This document shows positions 32,747 to 45,006 of a stretch of 64,000 nucleotides of DNA, piece after piece. The notes under the pieces were generated by a model that saw only the letters and a program-made list of their open reading frames with translations, was not told the DNA's origin and made no database searches. The stretch is from Nemertoderma westbladi (taxonomy: Eukaryota > Animalia > Xenacoelomorpha). Numbering within the stretch: the stretch's first letter is position 1; each line of letters begins with the position of its first letter. Made by a program: the position numbers and the translations under genes. The stretch is from assembly GCA_032718475.1 (NCBI GenBank), contig JAUCBJ010004710.1, positions 14,493 to 78,492 on the forward strand. Reading direction: 5' to 3'.

Positions 32747-35053
32747 TACCCACTACACCACTACACCACTGCACCACTGCACCACTACACCACTACACCA
32801 CTACACCACTGCACCACTACACCACTACACCACTACACCACTACACCACTACACCACTACACCACTACACCACTACCCACTACACCACTACACCACTACA
32901 CCACTGCACCACTACACCACTACCCACTACCCACTACCCACTACCCACTACCCACTACCCACTACACCACTACACCACTACACCACTACACCACTACACC
33001 ACTGCACCACTACACCACTACCCACTACCCACTACCCACTACCCACTACCCACTACCCACTACACCACTACACCACTACACCACTACACCACTACACCAC
33101 TACACCACTACACCACTACACCACTACCCACTACCCACTACCCACTACCCACTACCCACTACACCACTACACCACTACACCACTACACCACTACACCACT
33201 GCACCACTACACCACTACCCACTACCCACTACCCACTACACCACTACCCACTACCCACTACCCACTACACCACTACACCACTACACCACTACACCACTAC
33301 ACCACTACACCACTACACCACTACACCACTACCCACTACACCACTACCCACTACCCACTACACCACTACACCACTACACCACTACCCACTACACCACTAC
33401 ACCACTACACCACTACACCACTACACCACTACACCACTGCACCACTACACCACTACCCACTACCCACTACCCACTACCCACTACCCACTACCCACTACAC
33501 CACTACACCACTACACCACTACACCACTACACCACTACCCACTACCCACTACCCACTACCCACTACCCACTACACCACTACACCACTACACCACTACACC
33601 ACTGCACCACTACACCACTACCCACTACCCACTACCCACTACCCACTACCCACTACCCACTACACCACTACACCACTACACCACTACACCACTACACCAC
33701 TACACCACTACACCACTACACCACTACACCACTACACCACTACCCACTACCCACTACACCACTACCCACTACCCACTACACCACTACACCACTACCCACT
33801 ACACCATTACACCACTACACCACTACACCACTGCACCACTACACCACTACCCACTACCCACTACCCACTACCCACTACACCACTACACCACTACACCACT
33901 ACACCACTGCACCACTACACCACTACCCACTACCCACTACCCACTACCCACTACCCACTACCCACTACACCACTACACCACTACACCACTACACCACTAC
34001 ACCACTACACCACTACACCACTACACCACTACCCACTACACCACTACACCACTACACCACTACACCACTACACCACTACACCACTACACCACTACACCAC
34101 TACACCACTACACCACTACACCACTACACCACTACACCACTACCCACTACCCACTACACCACTACCCACTACCCACTACACCACTACACCACTACACCAC
34201 TACACCACTACACCACTACACCACTACACCACTACACCACTACACCACTACACCACTACCCACTACCCACTACACCACTACCCACTACCCACTACACCAC
34301 TACACCACTACACCACTACACCACTACACCACTACACCACTACACCACTACACCACTACACCACTACACCACTACACCACTACCCACTACCCACTACACC
34401 ACTACCCACTACCCACTACCCACTACCCACTACACCACTACACCACTACACCACTACACCACTACACCACTACACCACTACACCACTACACCACTACCCA
34501 CTACACCACTACACCACTACACCACTACACCACTACACCACTACACCACTACACCACTACACCACTACACCACTACACCACTACACCACTACACCACTAC
34601 CCACTACCCACTACACCACTACCCACTACCCACTACACCACTACACCACTACACCACTACACCACTACACCACTACACCACTACACCACTACACCACTAC
34701 ACTACTACCCACTACCCACTACACCACTACACCACTACACCACTACACCACTACACCACTACACCACTACACCACTACACCACTACACCACTACACCACT
34801 ACCCACTACCCACTACACCACTACCCACTACCCACTACAACACTACACCACTACACCACTACCCACTACACCACTACACCACTACACCACTACCCACTAC
34901 CCACTACACCACTACCCACTACCCACTACACCACTACACCACTACACCACTACCCACTACACCACTACACCACTACACCACTACACCACTACACCACTAC
35001 ACCACTACACCACTACACCACTACACCACTACACCACTACACCACTACACCAC
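32747..35053. repeat. Mixed 8/7-bp microsatellite (CCACTACA / CCACTAC) in tetraspanin intron 2
   Basis: Directly visible; the minus strand reads (GTAGTGGT)n/(GTAGTGG)n. Confidence 0.99.
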
Positions 35054-35140
35054 CGCACTGGTAAGGTTTTTTGAACCTGTAAGTAGCTTCCTAATAAATT
35101 AATAGTATCAACTACATAGAATTCCGTATTAATATGTATC

Positions 35141-38100
35141 GTATATTATACTTACGGCTTCAACCATCTCCCGTTTTCGGTACCACGGTATATACTTACA
35201 GCTTCAACCATCTCCCGTTTTCGGTACCACGGTATATACTTACAGCTTCAACCATCTCCCGTTTTCGGTACCACGGTATCTACTTACAGCTTCAACCATC
35301 TCCCGTTTTCGGTACCACGGTATATACTTACAGCTTCAACCATCTCCCGTTTTCGGTACCACAGTATATACTTACGGCTTCAACCATCTCCCGTTTTCGG
35401 TACCACGGTATATACTTACAGCTTCAACCATCTCCCGTTTTCGGTACCACGGTATATACTTACAGCTTCAACCATCTCCCGTTTTCGGTACCACGGTATC
35501 TACTTACAGCTCCAACCATCTCCCGTTTTCGGTACCACGGTATCTACTTACGGCTTCAACCATCTCCCGTTTTCGGTACCACGGTATATACTTACAGCTT
35601 CAACCATCTCCCGTTTTCGGTACCACGGTATATTATACTTACGGCTTCAACCATCTCCCGTTTTCGGTACCACGGTATATACTTACAGCTTCAACCATCT
35701 CCCGTTTTCGGTACCACGGTATATACTTACAGCTTCAACCATCTCCCGTTTTCGGTACCACGGTATATTATACTTACGGCTTCAACCATCTCCCGTTTTC
35801 GGTACCACGGTATATACTTACAGCTTCAACCATCTCCCGTTTTCGGTACCACGGTATATACTTACAGCTTCAACCATCTCCCGTTTTCGGTACCACGGTA
35901 TATTATACTTACGGCTTCAACCATCTCCCGTTTTCGGTACCACGGTATATACTTACAGCTTCAACCATCTCCCGTTTTCGGTACCACGGTATATACTTAC
36001 GGCTTCAACCATCTCCCGTTTTCGGTACCACGGTATCTACTTACAGCTTCAACCATCTCCCGTTTTCGGTACCACGGTATCTACTTACGGCTTCAACCAT
36101 CTCCCGTTTTCGGTACCACGGTATATACTTACAGCTTCAACCATCTCCCGTTTTCGGTACCACGGTATATACTTACGGCTTCAACCATCTCCCGTTTTCG
36201 GTACCACGGTATCTACTTACAGCTTCAACCATCTCCCGTTTTCGGTACCACGGTATATACTTACAGCTTCAACCATCTCCCGTTTTCGGTACCACGGTAT
36301 CTACTTACAGCTTCAACCATCTCCCGTTTTCGGTACCACGGTATATACTTACAGCTTCAACCATCTCCCGTTTTCGGTACCACGGTATATACTTACAGCT
36401 TCAACCATCTCCCGTTTTCGGTACCACGGTATATACTTACAGCTTCAACCATCTCCCGTTTTCGGTACCACGGTATATACTTACAGCTTCAACCATCTCC
36501 AGTTTTCGGTACCACGGTATCTACTTACGGCTTCAACCATCTCCCGTTTTCGGTACCACGGTATCTACTTACAGCTTCAACCATCTCCCGTTTTCGGTAC
36601 CACGGTATCTACTTACAGCTTCAACCATCTCCCGTTTTCGGTACCACGGTATATACTTACGGCTTCAACCATCTCCCGTTTTCGGTACCACGGTATATAC
36701 TTACAGCTTCAACCATCTCCCGTTTTCGGTACCACGGTATATACTTACAGCTTCAACCATCTCCCGTTTTCGGTACCACGGTATATACTTACGGCTTCAA
36801 CCATCTCCCGTTTTCGGTACCACGGTATATACTTACAGCTTCAACCATCTCCCGTTTTCGGTACCACGGTATATACTTACAGCTTCAACCATCTCCCGTT
36901 TTCGGTACCACGGTATATACTTACGGCTTCAACCATCTCCCGTTTTCGGTACCACGGTATATACTTACAGCTTCAACCATCTCCCGTTTTCGGTACCACG
37001 GTATATACTTACAGCTTCAACCATCTCCCGTTTTCGGTACCACGGTATATACTTACAGCTTCAACCATCTCCCGTTTTCGGTACCACGGTATATACTTAC
37101 AGCTTCAACCATCTCCCGTTTTCGGTACCACGGTATATACTTACAGCTTCAACCATCTCCCGTTTTCGGTACCACGGTATATACTTACAGCTTCAACCAT
37201 CTCCCGTTTTCGGTACCACGGTATATACTTACAGCTTCAACCATCTCCCGTTTTCGGTACCACGGTATATACTTACAGCTTCAACCATCTCCCGTTTTCG
37301 GTACCACGGTATATACTTACAGCTTCAACCATCTCCCGTTTTCGGTACCACGGTATATACTTACAGCTTCAACCATCTCCCGTTTTCGGTACCACGGTAT
37401 ATACTTACAGCTTCAACCATCTCCCGTTTTCGGTACCACGGTATATACTTACAGCTTCAACCATCTCCCGTTTTCGGTACCACGGTATATACTTACAGCT
37501 TCAACCATCTCCCGTTTTCGGTACCACGGTATATACTTACAGCTTCAACCATCTCCCGTTTTCGGTACCACGGTATATACTTACAGCTTCAACCATCTCC
37601 CGTTTTCGGTACCACGGTATATACTTACAGCTTCAACCATCTCCCGTTTTCGGTACCACGGTATATACTTACAGCTTCAACCATCTCCCGTTTTCGGTAC
37701 CACGGTATATACTTACAGCTTCAACCATCTCCCGTTTTCGGTACCACGGTATATACTTACAGCTTCAACCATCTCCCGTTTTCGGTACCACGGTATATAC
37801 TTACAGCTTCAACCATCTCCCGTTTTCGGTACCACGGTATATACTTACAGCTTCAACCATCTCCCGTTTTCGGTACCACGGTATATACTTACAGCTTCAA
37901 CCATCTCCCGTTTTCGGTACCACGGTATATACTTACAGCTTCAACCATCTCCCGTTTTCGGTACCACGGTATATACTTACAGCTTCAACCATCTCCCGTT
38001 TTCGGTACCACGGTATATACTTACAGCTTCAACCATCTCCCGTTTTCGGTACCACGGTATATACTTACAGCTTCAACCATCTCCCGTTTTCGGTACCACG

Positions 38101-38584
38101 GTATATACTTACAGCTTCAACCATCTCCCGTTTTCGGTACCACGGTATATACTTACAGCTTCAACCATCTCCCGTTTTCGGTACCACGGTATATACTTAC
38201 AGCTTCAACCATCTCCCGTTTTCGGTACCACGGTATATACTTACAGCTTCAACCATCTCCCGTTTTCGGTACCACGGTATATACTTACAGCTTCAACCAT
38301 CTCCCGTTTTCGGTACCACGGTATATACTTACAGCTTCAACCATCTCCCGTTTTCGGTACCACGGTATATACTTACAGCTTCAACCATCTCCCGTTTTCG
38401 GTACCACGGTATATACTTACAGCTTCAACCATCTCCCGTTTTCGGTACCACGGTATATACTTACAGCTTCAACCATCTCCCGTTTTCGGTACCACGGTAT
38501 ATACTTACAGCTTCAACCATCTCCAGTTTTCGGTACCACGGTATATACTTACGGCTTCAACCATCTCCCGTTTTCGGTACCACG
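35141..38584 (-). repeat. 44-bp minisatellite (~78 units, four of 47 bp) made of the last 32 nt of tetraspanin exon 2 plus its 5' splice site
   Basis: Minus-strand unit CGTGGTACCGAAAACGGGAGATGGTTGAAGC(T/C)|GTAAGTATATAC; the first unit is the real exon end. Confidence 0.98.
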
Positions 38585-38747
38585 CACCCCAGAAGCCAAA
38601 AAACCCAAGAATTATAACAAGACTGCCAACAGCGACGATGGTAGCAGCACATGCTGTTAGCACCATGCTATCAGACAGAACATCCAAGTACTCAATGTTC
38701 TGAGCTAGTACATAAATACCAACCCCAATCAATGTACATCCTTCCAC
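38553..38747 (-). CDS. Tetraspanin coding exon 2 (end of TM1, small loop, TM2, inner loop)
   Basis: ttttag|GTG GAA ... GAA GCC|gtaagt; VEGCTLIGVGIYVLAQNIEYLDVLSDSMVLTACAATIVAVGSLVIILGFFGFWGAWYRKREMVEA, 195 nt; matches the tetraspanin GxxLxxxG and GFxGxxGA patterns. Confidence 0.94.
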
Positions 38748-39444
38748 CTAAAACACAATAAAACGCAATAAATAAATAAATAAATGTTAATAAATAAATA
38801 AAACTATATTAAATATGAGTAATTAACATACTAATCTGAAAAATTACATTCCATCCATAAATTATGCCCTTAGAGAGATCTGGCCTTACCTAACAGCTTC
38901 AAATATGAAATTAATTGACAGGAACAATTTTACTTATTTCAAGAAAGTATTCCTGGTGCACAAATCATTCTCTCAATTGAACCTCCACCATACAACCGAG
39001 TTTCAAAAATACAAGGCGCTCAATTGAACTAAAACGTAATGAGATTCCGTCAGAATTTTGGAACTCTCCCGCATTTACCAACCGCTCATGGTGCGATCCT
39101 AATCAACCCCTCCGCCATTAACCAGGATGAGTATTCATGGCTTCCACCATCGAATTTGTTCAAACAGATCATTTCACGACCCAGATTATAGCTGCAGGTG
39201 CAGGCTATGCTGATCAGCAGCGCCGCAGTGCTATCTGCTTGACTGTACTAATAACTCATACTCTCTGACCCATTGGGCAACCTCCTCTGAGTGAACAGAT
39301 CAACGACTTTTTAATCTATTTTATTCAAATACTCTTCCACGCTGACTCAATTTATTTTAACGTTAACCTTGCTTTCAATTATATATATATATTTAATATT
39401 TTTTTAATTAAGTTGTGCATTGTGTCACCAGTGGAGTATCAAAT

Positions 39445-41020
39445 CCTTATAAACAAAAAGTGGAGAAACAGCATGATTAACTGTGAGGCATACATCTCGT
39501 TCAATCTGATTGGTTCAGACCACATAATTGTGACCGCAAAGATCAGACTCAGTTTGAGAGCCAGCAAACCCAGGACAAACAGGCAAATCAACTATGACGG
39601 GGAGAAACTCGCAACTGACAATGCAGTAAAGGATGCTTACACAGTAGAAGTTCAAAACCGCTTTGAAGCACTTCAGTCAATGGATGAAGACCAATCCACC
39701 GATTCAATATACCAGAATATAATAACAGCCCACAAGGAATCAGCTAAGAGGCATATCCCCCAGAAACCCAAACGAAAACAGTATGTGCCATGGCAAAACT
39801 CTGAGGTTACTTGTAAGAGAGAAGATCTTAAGATAGCCTACAAAGTAAAAACCGAACAACCAACAACCGAAAACATCAATAAGGTTGGGAAAGCTAAGGA
39901 AGATCTTAAATTGGCCTACAACATCAGCCAGGAAAAGTACATACAGGACAAGATTGAGGTAATTACAATACTGTCACATACAGTAACAATCAAGACTTAA
40001 CTGGCAAACTGTAAATGAGGTATCATAGATAGATAGATTTATTTATACATTATGTAAAAACAATAACAAATACACCAAACAATGTACCGGTATAAAGGTA
40101 TTGTCCAACATAACATATAGGATTACCCCTAAAGCTTTGCAGCTTATTTCCAAGGGGGTCCTTTATGTTACTTGGTTACAAATACAATATTACACTACGC
40201 TAACCTAAAACCAATATAAAACGTAATTACACTATGTACATGTACAACTTTACCGAGAGCGTGACAATGTCCGACTCAACGATAAAGATGTAATGTACAG
40301 AACAATTTATTATAAACGTAATTACAGTATAAATAGTAAATAATTAATAAACTAATAACTTACTGTAGGACTATTGTACCTATTTTTACATTGCACACGG
40401 AGATGAGATTTAACTGCAGATTTAAAAGAATGTTGATTATTTAGGTTTTTAATTTCATTAGGCAGAGCGTTCCAATTTTTAATGCCGTTAAAAAAGAAAG
40501 TATCAGACTCTAAGGATTTACAATTCGGGAGGTAGAAGTTTGAAGCACTAGCTCTGGTACTGTAAGAGTGTGTATCGCGTACTCTGTTGAATTTTTGTTT
40601 TTGTTTTTGTATCTGGTCGGAAAAGTTGTGCTAAGGGGCGCATCAAAGCCGATAGTCCTGAAGAACGTGTTGGGAAGTGGAAAAATCACTTCAGCAACTT
40701 GCTTGGGCAGCCACCAAACATTGAGGTCAGCCTTGCAAGGTAAATATATGACAAGACACTACCTATAGAAACAGGGGACTTCACACCTGCTGAACTCCAA
40801 CGAAGCATTAATGGCATGTCCAATAATAAAGCAAGCGGATTATATGAAATCCCTGCAGAGGTATGGAAAACAAGATTGCTAAACAGACCGGCATATAGAC
40901 CAGCTTGAAAGGGATACTGAACTTGGGAGAAACGAAATTGCGACAACTATGGAGAATCGGGAAGCCTGGAAGGATATCATTTCCACTGTCCGAGTTCAGT
41001 CGACCTAGTAGTAGTAGCAA
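39445..41020 (+). mobile_element. 5'-truncated, internally deleted RTE-clade LINE in tetraspanin intron 1
   Basis: End of APE domain (ILINKKWRNS, SDHIIV, VQNRFEAL), linker (WKNHFSNLLG, NNKASG..EIPAEVWK), then a jump to the 3' end with a (TAG)4 tail; flanked by a 36-bp direct repeat at 39409-39444 and 41021-41056 (3 mismatches). Confidence 0.88.
40025..40608 (-). mobile_element. 3' fragment of a CR1/L2-group LINE nested in the RTE copy
   Basis: Minus-strand translation HSYSTR...TFFFNGIKNWNALP...SFKSAVKSHL, typical of the ORF2 C-terminus; 3' UTR ends AATAAA plus (TCTA)n; GTATC duplicated at 40020-40024 and 40609-40613; the host frame WQTVNEV|SGRKS rejoins across it. Confidence 0.85.
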
Positions 41021-41084
41021 TAAGTTGTGCATTGTGCCACCAGTGGCGTATTAAATTAAATAAATAGCATTATTTATTACTTAC

Positions 41085-41162
41085 GAAAAAGAAACAGATA
41101 AAGCAAATGAATGTACAAGTAACAATTTTTCCAAACAACCAACTATCCAGTGAGTGAGACAT
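41085..41162 (-). CDS. Tetraspanin first coding exon, proximal copy (1b)
   Basis: ATG TCT ... TTT TTC|gtaagt; MSHSLDSWLFGKIVTCTFICFICFFF, 78 nt, phase 0 into exon 2; candidate upstream acceptor atatag| near 41207. Confidence 0.85.
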
Positions 41163-41848
41163 TTCCAATTATTTGTTGAAATTATAGCATAGAGAAAATA
41201 TCAGTCCTATATATTATATTATAAATATTATTCTTATTTACAAATAATACTGTATATAATGAATAATGTTATTAATAAAGTTGAATAAAGAATACATAAG
41301 TAAAGTAAAAGTTAAGAATAAATAAATTTGTAAATATCAATATATTAATTTTGAAAAATTCGCCCCGACTCGCTTGGTTTCCGCATCGGTCACTACTTTG
41401 CCCAGTGCCCACTGTTTATCTGCAGTAGAGTCATTGTGAGACCATCGGATGTGATCAGAATGTAACCCACGATTCACTTCAGCTGCGCCACCGAGAAGCG
41501 AAGTGCTTGGCCTGTTTCGCCGCAGGTTCTCGACCAACATTATACTACAAACTCGCGATTGTGCAAATAGTTGTTCACCAACCATCATTAAGCATGACAG
41601 TAACTTAACTTATCCATTCCCCAAATCTAGAAGCTTTAGGATGACACACCAAATTTCAATTTGGTTTCCCATAATGTGGAGATCCTCTATTTTCTATAAA
41701 CGCCATTGGTTTCTCACCCTCCCACTTTATAAAGGCTATTGGATTTTCAGAATTTTATTCAAATCTATTCAAAATAGATCTAACATTTTTTTTCTGAAAT
41801 TGTAATAAATTAAAGTTACGAATGAGTTGTACATGTTTGTTTGGTTAC

Positions 41849-42200
41849 CTTTATTAATTACATGCAATATAAATAATTGTTGCTTCAATAAACATCATTC
41901 ATTGTTAGCAGCTGTTTTTCTTCCATCTGTAATTTTCCTTTTCAAGATCAATAAAGAGATACGCATACTCAGCAGGAGATCCACTCCATACATCATACAT
42001 CGTGCTTCGATATATGTACTTCATAGGCATGGTGGTACATAATGTGACTCATAATCAATGTATGTATAGTGCCTCAGGTACTGCAGGAAGTTACAAGGTA
42101 CTCGATCTAAGAAGCTCTTGGCAGTAGTTCTTTATTTTACAGATGATGTTGATTTAATGAATATCATATTCATTGGAAGACGCCAATATAATAATATTTA
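41849..42200 (-). other. Putative 5'-UTR exon/promoter block B of the tetraspanin
   Basis: Ends in AAG|gtaacc donor at 41848; similar to 50829-51150, including the donor. Upstream boundary uncertain. Confidence 0.5.
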
Positions 42201-42940
42201 GAGGAAGCAGAATTCAACATTTGAGTATTTTTTAACAGTGCGAAAATAATATTGGTTGAGAAATCTTGGACTTACAGCAGAATGTATATAGTTATAATTT
42301 TATATATATTAAAAATATAAAATTATATTTTTATAATTATAATATAATTTAATTATAAATTAATTTAATTATAAATTAATTTAATTATAATTAAATTATA
42401 GTATGGGTAAATTTGGTGATAGGATGGGCGCACATCACATTAAATTGTCAGACCAGATTTATTAAAGTAGTAATTAAACTTGTACCTTTACCATTTAACT
42501 AACTTCTTGATATTCTCAGGTGTCATATCAGTTAAACGGAACTTGTTCTACATAAATACTCATTTTGATTAGGTCATTGAAGGGTAATTAATAATCTTTA
42601 GTGTCTTCATTCTAATCCTAGGGTATCTAAACAGCATCATACATTCTACAGTAGGTAATCCTGCATTCGATGAGTAAAACTGACATTACCAAAAATCTGT
42701 GTATTCGAAATACAACACTGTATTTCTGGATACAGGATTTCTCAGATACAACAAAGAACTTTGATTTATCCTTATGACAGGATAAGGGTAGCGATCCAAA
42801 GGATCCCTTCACAGCAGCTTCAATAATGAATTACAAGGAAGCAACATGCAGACTCGTGAGTAAACTCCGCAGCTTGATATCTGACCTTCACACCCATAAG
42901 AAATTTGAGATTCATCCCTCAAATAATCATTTTTGGATAC

Positions 42941-43435
42941 GGCTGTAATATCCCCTCTATTCTAGAACCACCCGGCCTATCTCGAACAGATGGTAAACCG
43001 GTAGATGGGTTGACTCTGGTGCCTTGGGAGAGCGGAAAGACCTTGACCTGGGACGCCACTGTGGTGGACCCCCTCGCACCAAGCGACTTATCCACCAGCC
43101 AGAACGAGGGAGGACGCGTTGCCCAGGAACAGGAGAAAATAAAAACACTAAAGTACCAGGATCTTATAGACTGGGGTTATCAATTTACTTATGTTGCCTT
43201 TGCGACCTTTGGCCGACCCGGACCAGCCACTGCAACCTTCCTGAAAGACATAGGAAGACGACCATGGAGCCACGCCACCATGGAGCCACGATCCCATCGA
43301 TTCCTGTTGCAGAGGCTGTTAATAGCAATCTTAATGGGTAACGCCGCATCTATCCTGGGAACAGTGGACTCTAGTAACTCTGACGGGCTTTTTCATTTAC
43401 TCGAATAAATACAACCATTTATAATAAAAAAAAAA
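42941..43435 (+). mobile_element. 3' fragment of a CRE-like non-LTR retrotransposon (restriction-like endonuclease domain)
   Basis: EPPGLSRTDGKPVDGLTLVPWESGKTLTWDATVVDPLAPS...GNAASILGT matches the RLE C-terminus (canonical DGKRPDG), followed by a short UTR, AATAAA and poly(A). Confidence 0.85.
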
Positions 43436-43497
43436 TTACTAATAATTTCAAGGTAATTATTAATATAATTATTTGATTAATAACAATACATACTTAC

Positions 43498-43560
43498 AAA
43501 GAGGAAGCACAGGAAACAAATAAAGAGTCCATTTATAAGTATCCGGATATCAAAAAACAT
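43498..43560 (-). CDS. Candidate alternative first coding exon (1a) of the tetraspanin
   Basis: ATG TTT ... CTC TTT|gtaagt; MFFDIRILINGLFICFLCFLF, 63 nt, phase 0; FICFLCFLF aligns with FICFICFFF of exon 1b. No clear acceptor just upstream, so it may be a pseudo-exon. Confidence 0.65.
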
Positions 43561-43727
43561 TACAATTTATTGAATCAGGAAATGTAGTTAATTTAAATAA
43601 TCATAAATTGAGTTAATATATTTAGGATCAACATATGTAATTTCATGAAAATTGAAAAATTATGAAAATATACATAATAATAATAATATCAATAAGAATA
43701 AATTGACATCGTTATTGGTTGTTTTAA

Positions 43728-44930
43728 TCTGGGTCCCAGTCCAAATAGCGAACCGAAAAATGGAAATGGACCAAGTGGTCGCAAGTACTACTACTACTAG
43801 GATCGGCATGCTGCATTGCAGCTCCATTTTTAAGAATGCTGTGCCGGGTTGTCAACAAAATTGCACAGCCACAACTCCCTATCACCCATGACATTTGCTA
43901 GATCATCCGCATCTTCAAGGCCAGTGTCCACTGTCCACCATGCTTATTCACTCCATGAAGCTGCCAAAGCACAAGATTATGCACTGGCTGGTCCTCACGG
44001 CGAAAGCAATGTCCTGCAAAGCGGAGGCGATTTTGTTCTAGTGTCAAGCTTGGGGGAACCAATGAGACACCTCCAATGTTATATAGTGTCTGGTTGGAGA
44101 TGTGTGCATTGTACTTGACACAATGAACCCGGCGTAGCATTCTTGTGAATGTGCCATCCAGAGATTTGGTGTCCTCAGCAGTTAGAGCCCAGCATGGACT
44201 CCCGTAGAGGAGTACTGGAACTACTGCTGCTCTAAATAATCGGACCTTAAGTTTCCGATTAATTCTCGGTGACTTCCAAATCCTGGAAAGCCTATTCAAG
44301 GCTGCCCATGCCTTTCCCTTACGTATTCGAAGGTCCTCACCTGACTTCCGGATCCATGATCCCAGGTAACAGAAGTCGTCCACATGCTCAAGCATACCAT
44401 CCTTTGAGCTTATGCTCATCCGATCAGAGACTTGCTGAGGACTTTCAAAGTTAACTGTCAGAATTTTGGTCTTTCTGGAGTTAATAAAAAGACCAACACT
44501 AGAAGCAGCATGTTCTAATGAGCTGAGGAGCCGTTGGGCTCCCTCTAGTGATTCTGAGAGTACTCCTAAGTCATCAGCAAAGTCTAGATCAGTTAGGTAC
44601 TTGGCAGGATTTCCTCGACTTCTGGAGCCAGTAGGTGGAGTTATCATCACCCCATCATCAAGATGCAAGATGGTCGCAAGTAGCAGGTGGACCATATTCC
44701 TTTTCGTAAGAAATTCAGGAGCTCTGCATAAATCTGTACATGACTTACTTGTCACTCCTTCACCAGTGATATCCTTCACCACGATCGTCTTATTGTGGCT
44801 AAGGAAAAAGCTGAGTGCTAGTCGATGCTCTGCCTTCCTACAGCATGGTTGGTCCTCTCTGTTGCACCTGCCCTGTTAGAGATCAGCCTCACTCTAGACA
44901 TTTAACATGTATGAGTACCTTTCTTCTGAG
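43728..44930 (+). mobile_element. Degenerate RTE APE-domain fragment related to the element at 55314, split by young RTE copy 2
   Basis: After removing the insert it reads GPSGRK*QVDHIPFRKKFRSS...DRLIVAK...HGWSSLL, against GPSGHKSQIDHILFRRKYRSS...DHRLIVAK...HD*SSLL at 56290-56490. Confidence 0.8.
43788..44670 (-). mobile_element. 5'-truncated young RTE-clade LINE, copy 2
   Basis: Near-identical to 29981-30890; (TAG)4 tail; 12-bp TSD TGGTCGCAAGTA at 43776-43787 and 44671-44682; ~28-bp deletion near the 3' end and ~10 extra nt at the 5' junction. Confidence 0.95.
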
Positions 44931-45006
44931 GTAGCAGATCACTGCGAGGGCTATCTATACATTCTTACCAGAAGAGGCAGTTACGGCAACATATGCAGAA
45001 ACTGTT

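Noticed and set aside
32588-35102. Two ~830-aa His/Thr/Pro-rich ORFs
   Set aside because: Translations of a C/A-rich microsatellite that cannot form stop codons; antisense within an intron.
35134-38703. 1189-aa plus-strand ORF
   Set aside because: Antisense reading of the 44-bp array, which cycles through three stop-free frames; the unit is explained by the minus-strand exon junction.
38880-39380. Moderately GC-rich intronic segment, possible extra exon or transposon relic
   Set aside because: No recognisable motif, and no exon is missing from the tetraspanin model.
41340-41800. Possible MITE or ORFs 41337-41588 and 41503-41805
   Set aside because: No terminal repeats, TSD or protein motif that I can support.
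41905-42030. 41-aa minus-strand uORF (MPMKYIYRSTMYDVWSGSPAEYAYLFIDLEKENYRWKKNSC) in UTR block B
   Set aside because: The paralogous block A has YAFLFIDLAKEN but with stops on both sides, so the ORF is not conserved.
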